Notes: a model not told the origin generated them from the sequence alone. DNA of 64,000 nt from Limnothrix sp. BL-A-16 (GCA_041937175.2 CP166615.1:64001-128000); one strand, 5' to 3'. Numbered from the stretch's first letter, positions 48,357 through 59,298 are shown. Numbers and translations are program-made.

Positions 48357-50045
48357 ATGCCGACTTCCGCGATCGCCAAAGCCGTCTTGGAATTTCACCT
48401 GTCGATTACGCCGTTGGGTGGGGACGATCGGGTGTTGATTCGCACGGAACGAGCGCCCAAGGGAGTGATGTTGGCGGAAGAGCAAGCCATCTGGCCGATT
48501 GGGGAATGGTTGGTGCAGGCGGAACGGTTGATGGCGGATCCGCTGTGGGATCTGTTTCGCACGGAGCCAGCAACCGATGAGCGCCTGGCCAGCCTGGTGG
48601 CCTTGGGAGAACAGCTATACAGCGCGTTATTTCAAGGTTCCATTCGCGATCGATGGATTTCTGCCCAAAGCGTGGCCGATAGCCAAGATGCGGCGCTACA
48701 TTTGCGGTTGGGACTGCGGGGCGATCGATTGCTGCAACTGCCCTGGGAAGCGCTCTATGGCGATGGGCGACTGTTGACCACGGGCACGGATATCACCTTT
48801 TCTCGCTATCGATCGCAGTTTGGCCGCTCCGGTAGCTTTGATGCGCGGCGGTTGACCCTGCGCCGCTCAGATTCATTGCGAATTTTGGTGGCCCTGGCGG
48901 CTCCCGACGACCAAGCGGCCTTAGCCGTGGAGCAAGAGGTGGGGCGGTTGCGCCAAGAGCTGCAACAAACCACCGCCCACATGGAAATCGATGTGCTGGA
49001 TCAGCCCGATCGGGAACAACTCACCCATGCCCTCGAACAGGGGCAATACCATGTGTTTCACTACGCCGGCCACAGCGACCCGGGCCCCGATGGGGGCAGT
49101 TTGCACTTGGTGAATCGGCGCACGGGCCTGGCGGAACCCTTGGCGGGCAACGACTTGGCGGGGCTGTTGGTGAATAACGGCGTGTGGCTGGCTTTTTTGA
49201 ATTCTTGTCGGGGCAGCGACTCGCCGGTTTATCGATCGGATGCGCCGGAAACCGATGCGGACACGTTGGCGGCGGCCCTGATGCGACGCGGTGTGCCGGG
49301 GGTGCTGGCCATGTCGGAGCAAATTCCCGATGATGTGGCGATTACTCTGATGCAGTTGTTTTATCGCAACCTGCGTCCGGACTATTCCCTGGATTTAGCC
49401 ACCAGCCGAATGCGTCAGGGGTTGGTTTCCACCTATGGTTCGGCGCAGTTCTATTGGGCCTTGCCCATTTTGTATTTGCATCCCGACTTTGACGGGTTGC
49501 TATTTGCGGCGGGTGTACCCATCTCGCTGCCGGGGCGATCGCCCTTAATTCCCAACGGTGAGCCACTGCCCACCACTCCGCGATCGCCCGATGAGTCGGG
49601 GTTGCGGCCCCCAATGCCCCTCAAGGGTCTGGCCGATGAGCAGCTAGCGGATGATCAGTGGGCCGATCAAACCATGGCGGTGAATCTGGAGGAGCTAGTG
49701 GCGCGATCGCCCTCGGATGCCGTAGGGAGCGATCGCCCGGACACAAGTCGCAGCCAGCATGGTCCCAATGGCCAAAGTGGCCAGAACGAGCAGGGCAACT
49801 TACCGGCGGCCGCAGCCACGGCGTGGGCGGATCGATCGCGCCCTCGGTTTGACCTGGGATCCGCCGACGCGGACAATGCTGCCCGATCGGGGGCTGCCAA
49901 GGCCGTCACCGTGCCCCAATCTTGGTTAGTGGCTGGAGCCTTGGCCGTGCTGTTGGGGGCGGGTGGGTTGTGGTGGACGGGGGCCGGTCAGGAACCCGAT
50001 CGCAGCCAATGCCCCAACCCACCGCCCCGATCGCCCAATCCCTGA
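48357..50045 (+). CDS. hetF: HetF-like CHAT-domain protease, N-terminal part (frameshifted after the TM helix)
   Basis: EFHLSITPLG..LIRTE..LAEE..WP N-terminus, LPWE, HYAGHS, LNSCRG, FYWALPILY. Confidence 0.85.
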   Translation: MPTSAIAKAVLEFHLSITPLGGDDRVLIRTERAPKGVMLAEEQAIWPIGEWLVQAERLMADPLWDLFRTEPATDERLASLVALGEQLYSALFQGSIRDRWISAQSVADSQDAALHLRLGLRGDRLLQLPWEALYGDGRLLTTGTDITFSRYRSQFGRSGSFDARRLTLRRSDSLRILVALAAPDDQAALAVEQEVGRLRQELQQTTAHMEIDVLDQPDREQLTHALEQGQYHVFHYAGHSDPGPDGGSLHLVNRRTGLAEPLAGNDLAGLLVNNGVWLAFLNSCRGSDSPVYRSDAPETDADTLAAALMRRGVPGVLAMSEQIPDDVAITLMQLFYRNLRPDYSLDLATSRMRQGLVSTYGSAQFYWALPILYLHPDFDGLLFAAGVPISLPGRSPLIPNGEPLPTTPRSPDESGLRPPMPLKGLADEQLADDQWADQTMAVNLEELVARSPSDAVGSDRPDTSRSQHGPNGQSGQNEQGNLPAAAATAWADRSRPRFDLGSADADNAARSGAAKAVTVPQSWLVAGALAVLLGAGGLWWTGAGQEPDRSQCPNPPPRSPNP

Positions 50046-50689
50046 ATCCGCCAAACGATTGGAACAGCACCGACACGGAAACGGTGCAGGCGATCGCCCT
50101 GCAAGCCTTGCGCCAAAAGCAACTCCCCACCGCTGTGCAGGCGATCGAAGCCCTGCTGGCCCCCAACCGCAACGCCGCCGCCATTGCCCGGGACGTGCTG
50201 CAAACCCTCCCCAACAGCCAAGACACCGCCGAAACCCTCTTCTTGCGCGGGCGGGTGACCTGGCAACTGGCACGCCAACAGCAACCGGACTATAGCTTCA
50301 ACGATGCCCAACGGTTTTGGGAGCTGGCCATTCAACAGAACCCCAATGATCCGCGCTATCACCTGGCCTTAGGGTTTGCGCATTTTCAGACCCAAACCCT
50401 CGATCGGGCTGAGCAAGCCTTTGCCGAATCCCTGAACCTCACCCAAACCGCTGACGGAGCCATCCTCAGCGATAACCTGGCCCTCACCGCCCAAGCGGGC
50501 CTGGCGCTGGTGGCCCAGGCCCGGGCCCAACAAAACAACGACTCCGCAGCCCTGCAACAGGCCATTCGCTACCGCGATCAGGTGCAAGCCAACGCTGGCA
50601 GCCAGTTTCAGCCCCCCGTTTTGGCGCAGAATTGGCTCTGGACAGAGTTGGCCCTCAGTCAATGGCAGCAACTACTCAGCCGATCGTAA
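49922..50689 (+). CDS. C-terminal TPR-like part of HetF in the -1 frame
   Basis: Overlaps the end of the CHAT ORF; FLRGRVTWQ, AQRFWELA, YHLALGFA, QNWLWTE. Confidence 0.75.
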   Translation: MVSGWSLGRAVGGGWVVVDGGRSGTRSQPMPQPTAPIAQSLNPPNDWNSTDTETVQAIALQALRQKQLPTAVQAIEALLAPNRNAAAIARDVLQTLPNSQDTAETLFLRGRVTWQLARQQQPDYSFNDAQRFWELAIQQNPNDPRYHLALGFAHFQTQTLDRAEQAFAESLNLTQTADGAILSDNLALTAQAGLALVAQARAQQNNDSAALQQAIRYRDQVQANAGSQFQPPVLAQNWLWTELALSQWQQLLSRS

Positions 50690-50843
50690 TCTTTTGACAT
50701 CTCGCCATTTGCCCCGATCGATCGCCCCCAAGACCGGGGCCAGATCTCCCCTTTGTTGGCCAGAGTTTGGCTCCGTTGGCTTGCGCTGTGCCCCTTTGCC
50801 CCGTTTTCTCGATCCCAACGCTCGATCGCCTTTGCTACGAACC

Positions 50844-50857
50844 GTAACGTTAATTAC
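50844..50857. promoter_or_regulatory. Candidate NtcA box upstream of rbcL
   Basis: GTA-ACGTTAAT-TAC matches GTA-N8-TAC. Confidence 0.5.
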
Positions 50858-51215
50858 GAAAATTCATAAGATCCCAAAGTATTTGCAAAGTTCTAGCTAT
50901 ACCTTTCCTGATATATTTTTTTTGGGCAATTCGGCTACAACTTCGCGAGAGTGCAGCCCGTTGGCGGTATCGTCTCGACCGTCACCTTTGAAGAAACTGC
51001 TTCTCTCGGATTTCTAGCTGCTTGATCGCTCGTCTAAGCGCCGATTCATCCAAAATAATGCCATTTGCATAATGCGATTCGCATTCCTCGGTTTGCGAAG
51101 CTCCAAGATCTAAGGAGCTTCGCAAGATTCTGCTGTGAAGACGCTGCTGATCTCTCAATCGCCCACCACTTTCGCCGACCCTCGATCGACGAAGCAGTTC
51201 TTAGGAAGGGACGTT

Positions 51216-52640
51216 ATGGCTTACGCACAGACGCAATCAAAAGCTGGCTACGACGCTGGCGTAAAAGACTACAAGCTGACCTATTACACGCCGGACTACA
51301 CGCCGAAAGATACTGATATTTTGGCTGCGTTCCGCATGACCCCGCAACCGGGCGTTCCCCCGGAAGAAGCTGGGGCAGCCGTGGCCGCTGAGTCCTCGAC
51401 CGGGACTTGGACCACTGTGTGGACTGACCTGCTGACCGACCTCGATCGCTACAAGGGTCGTTGCTACGATCTAGAGCCGGTTCCCGGTGAAGACAACCAA
51501 TACATTGCCTACATCGCTTATCCGCTGGATCTGTTTGAAGAAGGCTCCGTTACCAACCTGCTGACCTCGCTGGTGGGTAACGTTTTCGGCTTTAAGGCCC
51601 TGAAAGCGCTGCGTCTGGAAGACCTGCGGATTCCCGTCGCTTACCTGAAGACCTTCCAAGGCCCCCCGCACGGGATTCAAGTAGAACGCGATCGGATCAA
51701 CAAGTACGGTCGTCCCCTGCTGGGTTGCACCATCAAACCCAAGCTGGGTCTGTCGGCGAAGAACTACGGTCGTGCCGTTTACGAATGTCTGCGCGGCGGC
51801 TTGGACTTCACCAAGGACGACGAAAACATCAACTCGCAGCCCTTCCAACGCTGGCGCGATCGCTTCTTGTTTGTGGCTGATGCCATTCACAAGGCCCAAG
51901 CGGAAACCGGCGAAATCAAGGGTCACTACCTGAACGTGACCGCTGCCACCTGCGAAGAAATGCTGAAGCGGGCCGAGTACGCCAAAGAACTCGAAATGCC
52001 CATCATCATGCATGACTTCTTGACGGCTGGCTTTACCGCCAACACCACCCTGTCGCACTGGTGCCGTAACAACGGCGTGCTGCTGCACATCCACCGCGCC
52101 ATGCACGCGGTAATCGACCGTCAGAAGAACCACGGGATCCACTTCCGTGTGCTGTCGAAGTGCTTGCGGATGTCCGGTGGTGACCACATCCACACCGGTA
52201 CGGTGGTGGGCAAGCTGGAAGGCGACCAAGCCGTAACCCTGGGCTTTGTGGACTTGCTGCGCGAAAACTACATCGAGCAAGACCGCAGCCGTGGGATCTA
52301 CTTCACCCAAGACTGGGCTTCGATGCCGGGCGTGATGGCCGTGGCTTCGGGTGGGATCCACGTGTGGCACATGCCCGCACTGGTTGACATCTTCGGCGAT
52401 GACGCAGTGCTGCAATTCGGCGGTGGTACGCTGGGTCACCCCTGGGGTAACGCTCCGGGTGCAACGGCAAACCGTGTGGCTCTGGAAGCTTGTGTCCAAG
52501 CCCGTAACGAAGGCCGCAACCTGCTGCGCGAAGGTGGCGACATCCTGCGTGAGGCTGCTCGCTGGTCTCCTGACCTGGCTGTGGCCCTGGAACTGTGGAA
52601 GGAAATCAAGTTCGAGTTCGAGGCGGTTGATACCGTCTGA
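51216..52640 (+). CDS. rbcL: RuBisCO form IB large subunit
   Basis: [38 protein letters not shown]. Confidence 0.99.
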   Translation: MAYAQTQSKAGYDAGVKDYKLTYYTPDYTPKDTDILAAFRMTPQPGVPPEEAGAAVAAESSTGTWTTVWTDLLTDLDRYKGRCYDLEPVPGEDNQYIAYIAYPLDLFEEGSVTNLLTSLVGNVFGFKALKALRLEDLRIPVAYLKTFQGPPHGIQVERDRINKYGRPLLGCTIKPKLGLSAKNYGRAVYECLRGGLDFTKDDENINSQPFQRWRDRFLFVADAIHKAQAETGEIKGHYLNVTAATCEEMLKRAEYAKELEMPIIMHDFLTAGFTANTTLSHWCRNNGVLLHIHRAMHAVIDRQKNHGIHFRVLSKCLRMSGGDHIHTGTVVGKLEGDQAVTLGFVDLLRENYIEQDRSRGIYFTQDWASMPGVMAVASGGIHVWHMPALVDIFGDDAVLQFGGGTLGHPWGNAPGATANRVALEACVQARNEGRNLLREGGDILREAARWSPDLAVALELWKEIKFEFEAVDTV

Positions 52641-52774
52641 TGATGCGGCGAGCCGGTTGATTGGCCGATCGAGGGGGAAGCCGCGCACCGATGGAAATCG
52701 GTAAGCCGGTAGCGGTTTCTGGATCTGCGATCGTCTAGCATCGTGAAAACGTTGGGCGATCGCGGAGGCTGCGT

Positions 52775-53182
52775 ATGGATCTCAAGCAAATTGCCAAGGA
52801 TACGGCCAAGATGCTGCAAAGCTATTTGACCTACCAGGCAATGCGGACTGTCCTCGCGCAACTACATGAAACTAATCCCCCCAAGGCGGTTTGGCTGCAT
52901 CGGTTTTCGGCGGAGAGCAATTTGCAGGATGGGGAAGCCTATTTGCAATCACTGCTGACCGTTGATCCGGATTTGGCCTTTCGTCTGATGACGGTGCGTG
53001 ATGAGTTGGTCAGTGATGTGACTGACTATTTGCCGGAGATGGTGCGTGAAGGGGTTCAAAAGTCCAATGGCCATCTCCGCCGCCAGCACCTCGAACGGCT
53101 AACACAACTGGTTTTGGCTGAGGAACCCGATCGACTCCTGGAATCGGAGCGGCGATCGGGTGACCACTCGATCGATGATTAA
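52775..53182 (+). CDS. rbcX: RuBisCO assembly chaperone RbcX
   Basis: MDLKQIAKDTAK.LQSYLTYQA; between rbcL and rbcS. Confidence 0.97.
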   Translation: MDLKQIAKDTAKMLQSYLTYQAMRTVLAQLHETNPPKAVWLHRFSAESNLQDGEAYLQSLLTVDPDLAFRLMTVRDELVSDVTDYLPEMVREGVQKSNGHLRRQHLERLTQLVLAEEPDRLLESERRSGDHSIDD

Positions 53183-53276
53183 TTCCACTCCTGGAATTAG
53201 CCACGGGATGAGTGAATCGCATTCAAATTGCATTCGTTGAAGTTTTTTCTCTTCGCCCCGTTTGGAGACAACTGGC

Positions 53277-53612
53277 ATGAAGACTCTGCCCAAAGAGCGT
53301 CGTTTTGAGACCTTCTCGTATTTGCCTCCCCTCAGCGACCAACAGATCGCCAAGCAAATTCAGTACATGATTGACCAGGGCTACATCCCCGGCGTTGAGT
53401 TCAACGAGAACTCGGATCCCGAGGTGTACTACTGGACGATGTGGAAGTTGCCCCTGTTCAACGCGCGTTCGGTGCAAGAAGTGTTGACCGAAGTGCAAGC
53501 TTGCCGCTCGGAATATGGCAACTGCTACATCCGCGTTGTGGGCTTCGACAACATCAAGCAGTGCCAATCGGTGGGCTTCATTGTGCACCGTCCTAACCTG
53601 AGCCGCTACTAA
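53277..53612 (+). CDS. rbcS: RuBisCO small subunit
   Basis: [31 protein letters not shown]. Confidence 0.98.
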   Translation: MKTLPKERRFETFSYLPPLSDQQIAKQIQYMIDQGYIPGVEFNENSDPEVYYWTMWKLPLFNARSVQEVLTEVQACRSEYGNCYIRVVGFDNIKQCQSVGFIVHRPNLSRY

Positions 53613-53678
53613 GTCGCGGTGGGAGCTAGCTAGCGCGATCGAGATCGTTAGCGGCTAAAGTGGTCATTTTGAATGAGC

Positions 53679-53714
53679 AGCAGGGGTGAGGTTGACTCGC
53701 CCCTGTTTGTTTTT
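53679..53714 (+). terminator. rbcLXS terminator
   Basis: CAGGGGTGAG..CTCGCCCCTG hairpin followed by TTTGTTTTT. Confidence 0.65.
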
Positions 53715-53818
53715 CTGCGGGTTTTTTCCGTAATCCCGCCGATTGGCAGGGCATACTGAGAACAGGCTTGAAGGCGAATACCGGTCAATCGCTCACGGAT
53801 GCTACGGATGCTGGGTCT

Positions 53819-54340
53819 ATGGTGGAAATGAAGGTTGCGGGAATTGCATTGGATGCGGCGAGCCGCACGCCGATCGTGTTGCTTCGAGATACGGCCGATC
53901 GGCGTGCCCTCCCGATCTACATTGGGCCGGATCAAGCCAAGGCGATCATCAGTGCCATGGAGGATCGGCCACCGCCGCGCCCGCTCACCCACGATTTGAT
54001 GGCAAATTTGCTCCAGACTTGGGAAATGACCCTGGAGAAGGTGATTGTCCATTCGCTGCAAGATGGCACGTTCTATGCGGTGCTCTGTGTGCGGCAAGGG
54101 GATGTGCAAAAGGATATTGATGCGCGCCCAAGCGACGCGATCGCCCTGGCCCTGCGCACCGATAGCCCCATTTGGGTGATGGAGGAGGTAATTGCCGATG
54201 CTTCGGTGCCGGTCGATCGAGACGCGGACGAGGCCGAGCAAGCCGCTTTTCGGGACTTTCTCGCTAATTTACGCCCGGAGGATTTCTCGGAGCGGGGCAA
54301 TCGTTTCCAAGGTGAGCCGACTAGCGAATCGGAGAGTTAG
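53819..54340 (+). CDS. Bifunctional nuclease family protein (DUF151)
   Basis: RALPIYIG, PRPLTHDL, IDARPSDAIALALR. Confidence 0.93.
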   Translation: MVEMKVAGIALDAASRTPIVLLRDTADRRALPIYIGPDQAKAIISAMEDRPPPRPLTHDLMANLLQTWEMTLEKVIVHSLQDGTFYAVLCVRQGDVQKDIDARPSDAIALALRTDSPIWVMEEVIADASVPVDRDADEAEQAAFRDFLANLRPEDFSERGNRFQGEPTSESES

Positions 54341-55496
54341 GACGGCAAAAGCTGACGCGGCTGTAAAGGGCGAAGGCGGCATCTTCGCGCATGGGCTGGG
54401 CGTTGCGGCGAGGAACAGGGATTTGGGGATTGAGCCGATCGAGTAATTCTCGGTAATCCAAGGCTGTTTCCGCAAAGCCGGTGAACCGATCGAAAACCCG
54501 GGCGGTTGGGGTTTGCTGAGCCACAAAGGTCACGAGGGCGTTCCATTGGGTGCGCCGGGTGGGGCGACCGTCATCCAATTCCTGCACAAAGGAGTTGGGC
54601 GAAAATCCCATGGGCGCAAAGGCCACGCCCCGATCGAACTGATAGGCACTTTCGCAAAGGCGCAAAATGCAGCCCCGATCGGGTAAATGCAAATCCACAA
54701 GAGGAACCCAATCTTGGGTTTGATCTCGGCGCACAATTTGGCCGCGCGCATTCAAATCAATCACCGATTCCACCACGGGCACGGCTCCTAACACCCGTTG
54801 GCTCACCTCCGCCCACCGAAAGGCTAAGGTTCCCAACTGGTGTCGATCGTTTTCGCAAATCACGATCGGGTCTGGATCAACGGATTGGAAATGTTTGATG
54901 GTGAAAGTTTTGACGGCTTGTACCGCTTTTTCATCCACACAGAAGCAGGGAATTTGGTGTGATTGGAGGGCTTCCGCATAGACTTGCAGTTCTCCTAAGA
55001 GGCCGGTGCGATAGAGTCGCCAATCGCGGCTGGGCAACTGCATTCGGGCGGTGTAGGGATCTAAGTCAAAAATGCGGGCAAATTGTTTCGCCGCTTCCGG
55101 GCGATCGTCCGGGGCGATCGGCTCCAAAATTAAAATGCCGTGGGCGGGTTTTTGGGGGCGATCGCCCTGGTTGGCGGCTTGATGGGCGGTGGCTCGGGCT
55201 TGGGTAATGGCGGCTTGGCGCTGGGTGCGATCGGCCGTTTCCAAGCGCTGCAACCCCTGACGAGCTTGGGCCAAAATCTTGGGATTGGGGTTGGTGGTGT
55301 TTCTCAGCAACTCTCGATAAATGGGTTCCGCCACTGCTGGCCGCCCCGCCAGCTCATGGAGCCGCGCCGCATAGAGTTGCACCCAAGGATCGCGCGGGTG
55401 GCTCGTGAGCAGTGGATTCAGCAACCGGGCGGCGGTGCGATAGTCCTTGTTTTTAAAGGCTTCGATCACGCGATCGATTTCGGGGGGACGACTCAT
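54321..55496 (-). CDS. TPR-containing conserved cyanobacterial protein
   Basis: N-terminal TPR-like helices; DPYTARMQLPSR.WRLYR. Confidence 0.8.
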   Translation of the reverse strand: MSRPPEIDRVIEAFKNKDYRTAARLLNPLLTSHPRDPWVQLYAARLHELAGRPAVAEPIYRELLRNTTNPNPKILAQARQGLQRLETADRTQRQAAITQARATAHQAANQGDRPQKPAHGILILEPIAPDDRPEAAKQFARIFDLDPYTARMQLPSRDWRLYRTGLLGELQVYAEALQSHQIPCFCVDEKAVQAVKTFTIKHFQSVDPDPIVICENDRHQLGTLAFRWAEVSQRVLGAVPVVESVIDLNARGQIVRRDQTQDWVPLVDLHLPDRGCILRLCESAYQFDRGVAFAPMGFSPNSFVQELDDGRPTRRTQWNALVTFVAQQTPTARVFDRFTGFAETALDYRELLDRLNPQIPVPRRNAQPMREDAAFALYSRVSFCRPNSPIR

Positions 55497-55669
55497 GGGC
55501 GATCGAACCTACGATGGCCGTTGCAGCAAGGGATGGGGGAACTAAACTCAACTCAATTCAACCAAACCCAAAAATCTAGATCCCAAACGACTAGCTCCCA
55601 AGCCGCTAGCTCCCAAACTAGACGCTAACAACGATTCAAGGGGAAGGAATTTTGATTATGGATCCAAGC

Positions 55670-56272
55670 ATGGCACAGGTATGGCGGCGGTTGCGAGTGA
55701 CGATCCTCGGCGCTGTAATTGGCGCGATCGGAACCGGAGCCATGGCTGGCCCGCAGTCCGTGGCCGCCACCCTCACTCAGCCCCACCGGGCCGAGACCCA
55801 ACCGGAGCGCCCCCAAATGCCACCCCGAACGCCACCCCGGATGCGTTCACCAGTGGAGTTGACCGAAAATCAGGTTCGATCGCGCTTGGAAGGGCTGCTG
55901 GCCGCCATCAAAAACCAAGACATTGAGGCGATCGTCAGCTTCTATGCACCCAATGCGGCAATTCGGGCAACGGTGAACCTTGCCGGAGGATCCCAAATTA
56001 TTCGGCTTGACGGTCGCCAACAAATTCGAGATTTGCTGGAGCTAGCCTATCCCCAAATGCGCATGACCGCCGTTCGCTACGAAGATTTGGTGATTGAAAT
56101 TGCGCCCGATCGCTCCCAAGCGGTGGTGACCTGCACCCTGTTTCAGTCGGCGATGGCTCGCGATCAACCCCTGAACAGTGTGGCCAATCAGCGGTTGGTG
56201 TTTCGAGTCATTGATCAAGAAATTTTGATCACCGAAGATATTTCTGAGGAAAGGAGTCGGAGTTTTCCCTAA
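55670..56272 (+). CDS. Secreted NTF2/SnoaL-like protein
   Basis: Signal peptide; DIEAIVSFYAPNA..GRQQI pattern; start uncertain. Confidence 0.65.
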   Translation: MAQVWRRLRVTILGAVIGAIGTGAMAGPQSVAATLTQPHRAETQPERPQMPPRTPPRMRSPVELTENQVRSRLEGLLAAIKNQDIEAIVSFYAPNAAIRATVNLAGGSQIIRLDGRQQIRDLLELAYPQMRMTAVRYEDLVIEIAPDRSQAVVTCTLFQSAMARDQPLNSVANQRLVFRVIDQEILITEDISEERSRSFP

Positions 56273-56371
56273 AATTAGCCCCAACCTAGCGGCCCTGTGG
56301 GAAATTCGTGACCGGGAAAATTGCCCAAAGATTCCCACGCTGAAAACCGGAAACCCCGTGGAAAATATTGA

Positions 56372-57487
56372 TCAAGACTCAGCAGAATTCTGAAAGCGTG
56401 GGGCGCGGCCGTCATGACTCATGATGTGCAAATCCACTGACTGCTCCGTTAGGAGATTCATCAATCGGTAGGTTAAAGAGCCGCGCAGCAACAACTGCCA
56501 CCGCGATCGACGAGTTTCGCCCAGCACAATTTGTGTAATTCGATAATCTCGGGCCACTTTGGCGATCGCCTGGGGAATATTTGACGCTTGAACTTGTAAA
56601 AACTCCCCCCCAAACTCCTCGCAAAGTCGTTGACAGCCCTCAATTTGTAACGCTTCGTCTTTGCTTAAAAATCGATCGGGCGGACAAACAAATAAGCTAT
56701 ATAAGGGCGCATTCATATAGTTCGCCAACCGCGCTGCCCGTCGTAATAGGCGCATTGATCCCTCGTAGGTCGAAACACAGACCAACACTCGCTCGTGAAT
56801 ATTACAAAACGGGGTGCTGGAATCCTGATCGATCGCCTGTTCTTCAACATTGTCGGCCACCTCTCGTAACGCCAATTCTCGCAGAGCAATCAGGTGGCGA
56901 CGCTGAAAGAAATTGGTCAATGCCTGGGGAATTTTATCCAGGGCATAAACCTTCCCATCCTGTAGGCGCTCTTCTAAGGTTTCAGGGGTGACATCAATCA
57001 CCACCACCTCATTCGCTTCCTCAAGAATTCGATCGGGCACGCGCTCCCGAATCACAACGCCGGTAATTTGAGTCACGAGATCATTGAGGCTTTCTAAATG
57101 CTGAATATTCAGCGTCGAAAACACATCAATTCCCGCCGCTAAAATCAGCTCCACATCTTGATAGCGTTTGGGGCGATCGCTCGTGGGCACATTCGTATGG
57201 GCCAGCTCATCAATTAACACCAACTGGGGCTGGCGATTGCAAATGGCCGCCACATCCATTTCCGGGAGTAACCGATTTTGATAAGCAATTTGGGCAGGGG
57301 GAACCACCTCCAGCCCGATCGCTTTGTCGGCGGTTTCCTTGCGGCCATGGGTTTCCAATAACCCAATCACCACATCCATGCCCTCTGCTTTCAGTTGCTG
57401 GCCCTCTTCCAACATGCGGTAAGTTTTGCCGACACCGGGAGCCATGCCGATGAAGACTTTATGTTTACCGCGTTTGGGAATGTGCAT
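56372..57487 (-). CDS. kdpD: KdpD N-terminal sensor plus Usp domain (no TM or kinase part)
   Basis: GMAPGVGKTYRML, ETHGRKET, IDELAHTN, LRELALREVA. Confidence 0.9.
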   Translation of the reverse strand: MHIPKRGKHKVFIGMAPGVGKTYRMLEEGQQLKAEGMDVVIGLLETHGRKETADKAIGLEVVPPAQIAYQNRLLPEMDVAAICNRQPQLVLIDELAHTNVPTSDRPKRYQDVELILAAGIDVFSTLNIQHLESLNDLVTQITGVVIRERVPDRILEEANEVVVIDVTPETLEERLQDGKVYALDKIPQALTNFFQRRHLIALRELALREVADNVEEQAIDQDSSTPFCNIHERVLVCVSTYEGSMRLLRRAARLANYMNAPLYSLFVCPPDRFLSKDEALQIEGCQRLCEEFGGEFLQVQASNIPQAIAKVARDYRITQIVLGETRRSRWQLLLRGSLTYRLMNLLTEQSVDLHIMSHDGRAPRFQNSAES

Positions 57488-57538
57488 TGACCGATCAACC
57501 TAAGCAAACGTCAAACGGTGTGGCTAGGAATTAGCCGA

Positions 57539-59038
57539 TCATCGCCCATTGCCGGGCTTCGCCTTGTTGTTCAAGATGCTGTCGAGGGTCTGCCCCGGGG
57601 GCAAATCTGTGAAGACCCGATCGCCCGGTTTGATGCCTTGGAGCACCTGCACCTGATTGCCCAAGGTGGGGCCCAAAACCACCGCGCGAAACTCGGGTTT
57701 TTGGGTGGCATTGGGAACTAAAACGCCCGTGCGACCGCGATTGGTCACCACGGCCACCGTTGGCACAACCACCGCTTGGGGCAGGCGATCGCCCAAAAAG
57801 ACCAAATCCACATTCATGCCCGATCGCAACACCTCCTGTCCCGACAGAATCGCCACGCGCACTTCAAAGGAGGTGACATCGCGCTCCCGAATCGCTTCCG
57901 GAGCCACCAGCTTCACCCGTCCCCGAAAGACCCGATCGGGATAGGCATCGGCCGTAATTTCCACCGTTTGCCCCAACTTGATTTGGCCGATGTCCACTTC
58001 CGGAACTCGGGCCAACACCTCCAAACCACTGGCCAGCGCCGCGATCGAGGTGGAAGTTGCCCCACTGCCGGAGGAAGCGGACGTGGTGGGAGTCACGAAG
58101 GAACCGGGTTCCGCATACTTTTGGGAAATGAATCCGGCAAAGGGCGCACGCACCACAGTGTCATTCAATTGCGTTTGGATCAGGGCCATTTGGGCCCGGG
58201 CTTCGGCCACATCGGCCCGGGCGGCGGCAATATCTTCAATCCGGGAACCGTTCCGAATTCGATCGCGCCCCTTTTGGGATTCCAGCAACGCCGCCTTCGC
58301 CCGATCGACATCCGCCTTGGCGCTGCGGGCCTCTTGCTCAAACCCATCCAGGCGATCGCGCTCAATTACTCCTGCTTCTGCCAGCGATCGGTTGCGCTCC
58401 AGCCGTTCCCGCGCCAAATCAAGCCGCGCCTGGGCACTCACCACATCCGCGCGCGATCGGTTCACCCGGGCTTCCGCCTCTGCAATTTCTTCCGGTCGAT
58501 TGCCCGTTTGGGCCTCCGCCAGCCGTGCTTGGGCCCGCGCCAAGCCGGCCTGGGCCCGCGCCAGTTGCGCCCGCATTTCCGAATCATCCATTCGGGCAAT
58601 CACTTGGCCCTTTTGCACCGCATCCCCCTGCTCCACATACAACTCCACCAAGCGCCCGGAGGTTTTGGGACTCAGGTTCACGGTTTGGATCGGACGAATG
58701 GTGCCGCTCGCATCGATCTTGACTGTCAAATCAGCGGAGGTGACCGGAACGGTCAGCTTGGCCAAGGGATCAACCGCCGGATCCGCCGGCTTGCGCAATT
58801 GCCACAGACCCCAACCGGCGGCTCCCAAGATCGCCGTGGCCGCCACCCCCAGCAAGGGCCAAAACAAACGGCGCGATCGCTGCTCCCATTGGTTCAGCTC
58901 CTGGAGTGCCGAGGGTGAGGTCTGAAGGACAGATCCAGAGTCCGAATCAGCAGCCGGGGCACTTGATGGGGATTGCTGGGCCGTGCCCGATCGACCTGCA
59001 TTCGATCGCTGGGTATCAGGCTGAGACTCAAGTTGCAC
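57539..59038 (-). CDS. Efflux periplasmic adaptor (HlyD/MacA-like)
   Basis: TM, VNLSPKTSG, coiled coil, VRAPFAG, LRSGMNV. Confidence 0.9.
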   Translation of the reverse strand: MQLESQPDTQRSNAGRSGTAQQSPSSAPAADSDSGSVLQTSPSALQELNQWEQRSRRLFWPLLGVAATAILGAAGWGLWQLRKPADPAVDPLAKLTVPVTSADLTVKIDASGTIRPIQTVNLSPKTSGRLVELYVEQGDAVQKGQVIARMDDSEMRAQLARAQAGLARAQARLAEAQTGNRPEEIAEAEARVNRSRADVVSAQARLDLARERLERNRSLAEAGVIERDRLDGFEQEARSAKADVDRAKAALLESQKGRDRIRNGSRIEDIAAARADVAEARAQMALIQTQLNDTVVRAPFAGFISQKYAEPGSFVTPTTSASSGSGATSTSIAALASGLEVLARVPEVDIGQIKLGQTVEITADAYPDRVFRGRVKLVAPEAIRERDVTSFEVRVAILSGQEVLRSGMNVDLVFLGDRLPQAVVVPTVAVVTNRGRTGVLVPNATQKPEFRAVVLGPTLGNQVQVLQGIKPGDRVFTDLPPGQTLDSILNNKAKPGNGR

Positions 59039-59250
59039 AGGTTGCTACTCAGAACGCGCTAACTATGTTCATTATGAAAGGGATTTGGCGAACTGCGGGA
59101 GCCGCCGCCCGGTGAAATCTCCACACCCGGCGATCGCCCCAGCGGTCTCCCGATCGTCCCCAGTTTTTGCCCCCCGCGTTGCCCAAGATCCCGCCCTAGC
59201 CAGGCCAAGCGCTTCCTCAAAAAATTTTTTGAAAATTTTTTGGCTGCCTA

Positions 59251-59279
59251 TTGGGAATTTTCGATCCTTGTGCTATTGT
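59251..59279 (+). promoter_or_regulatory. Candidate sigma70 promoter of the tRNA pair
   Basis: TTGGGA-17 bp-TATTGT with extended TG. Confidence 0.5.
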
Positions 59280-59298
59280 TATCTCCCGTGGTGGAAGC

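Noticed and set aside
51471..52688. 405-aa antisense ORF over rbcL, and similar long shadow ORFs over moeB, ispH, pilQ and the efflux genes
   Set aside because: Expected from codon bias in GC-rich genes; no recognisable domains.
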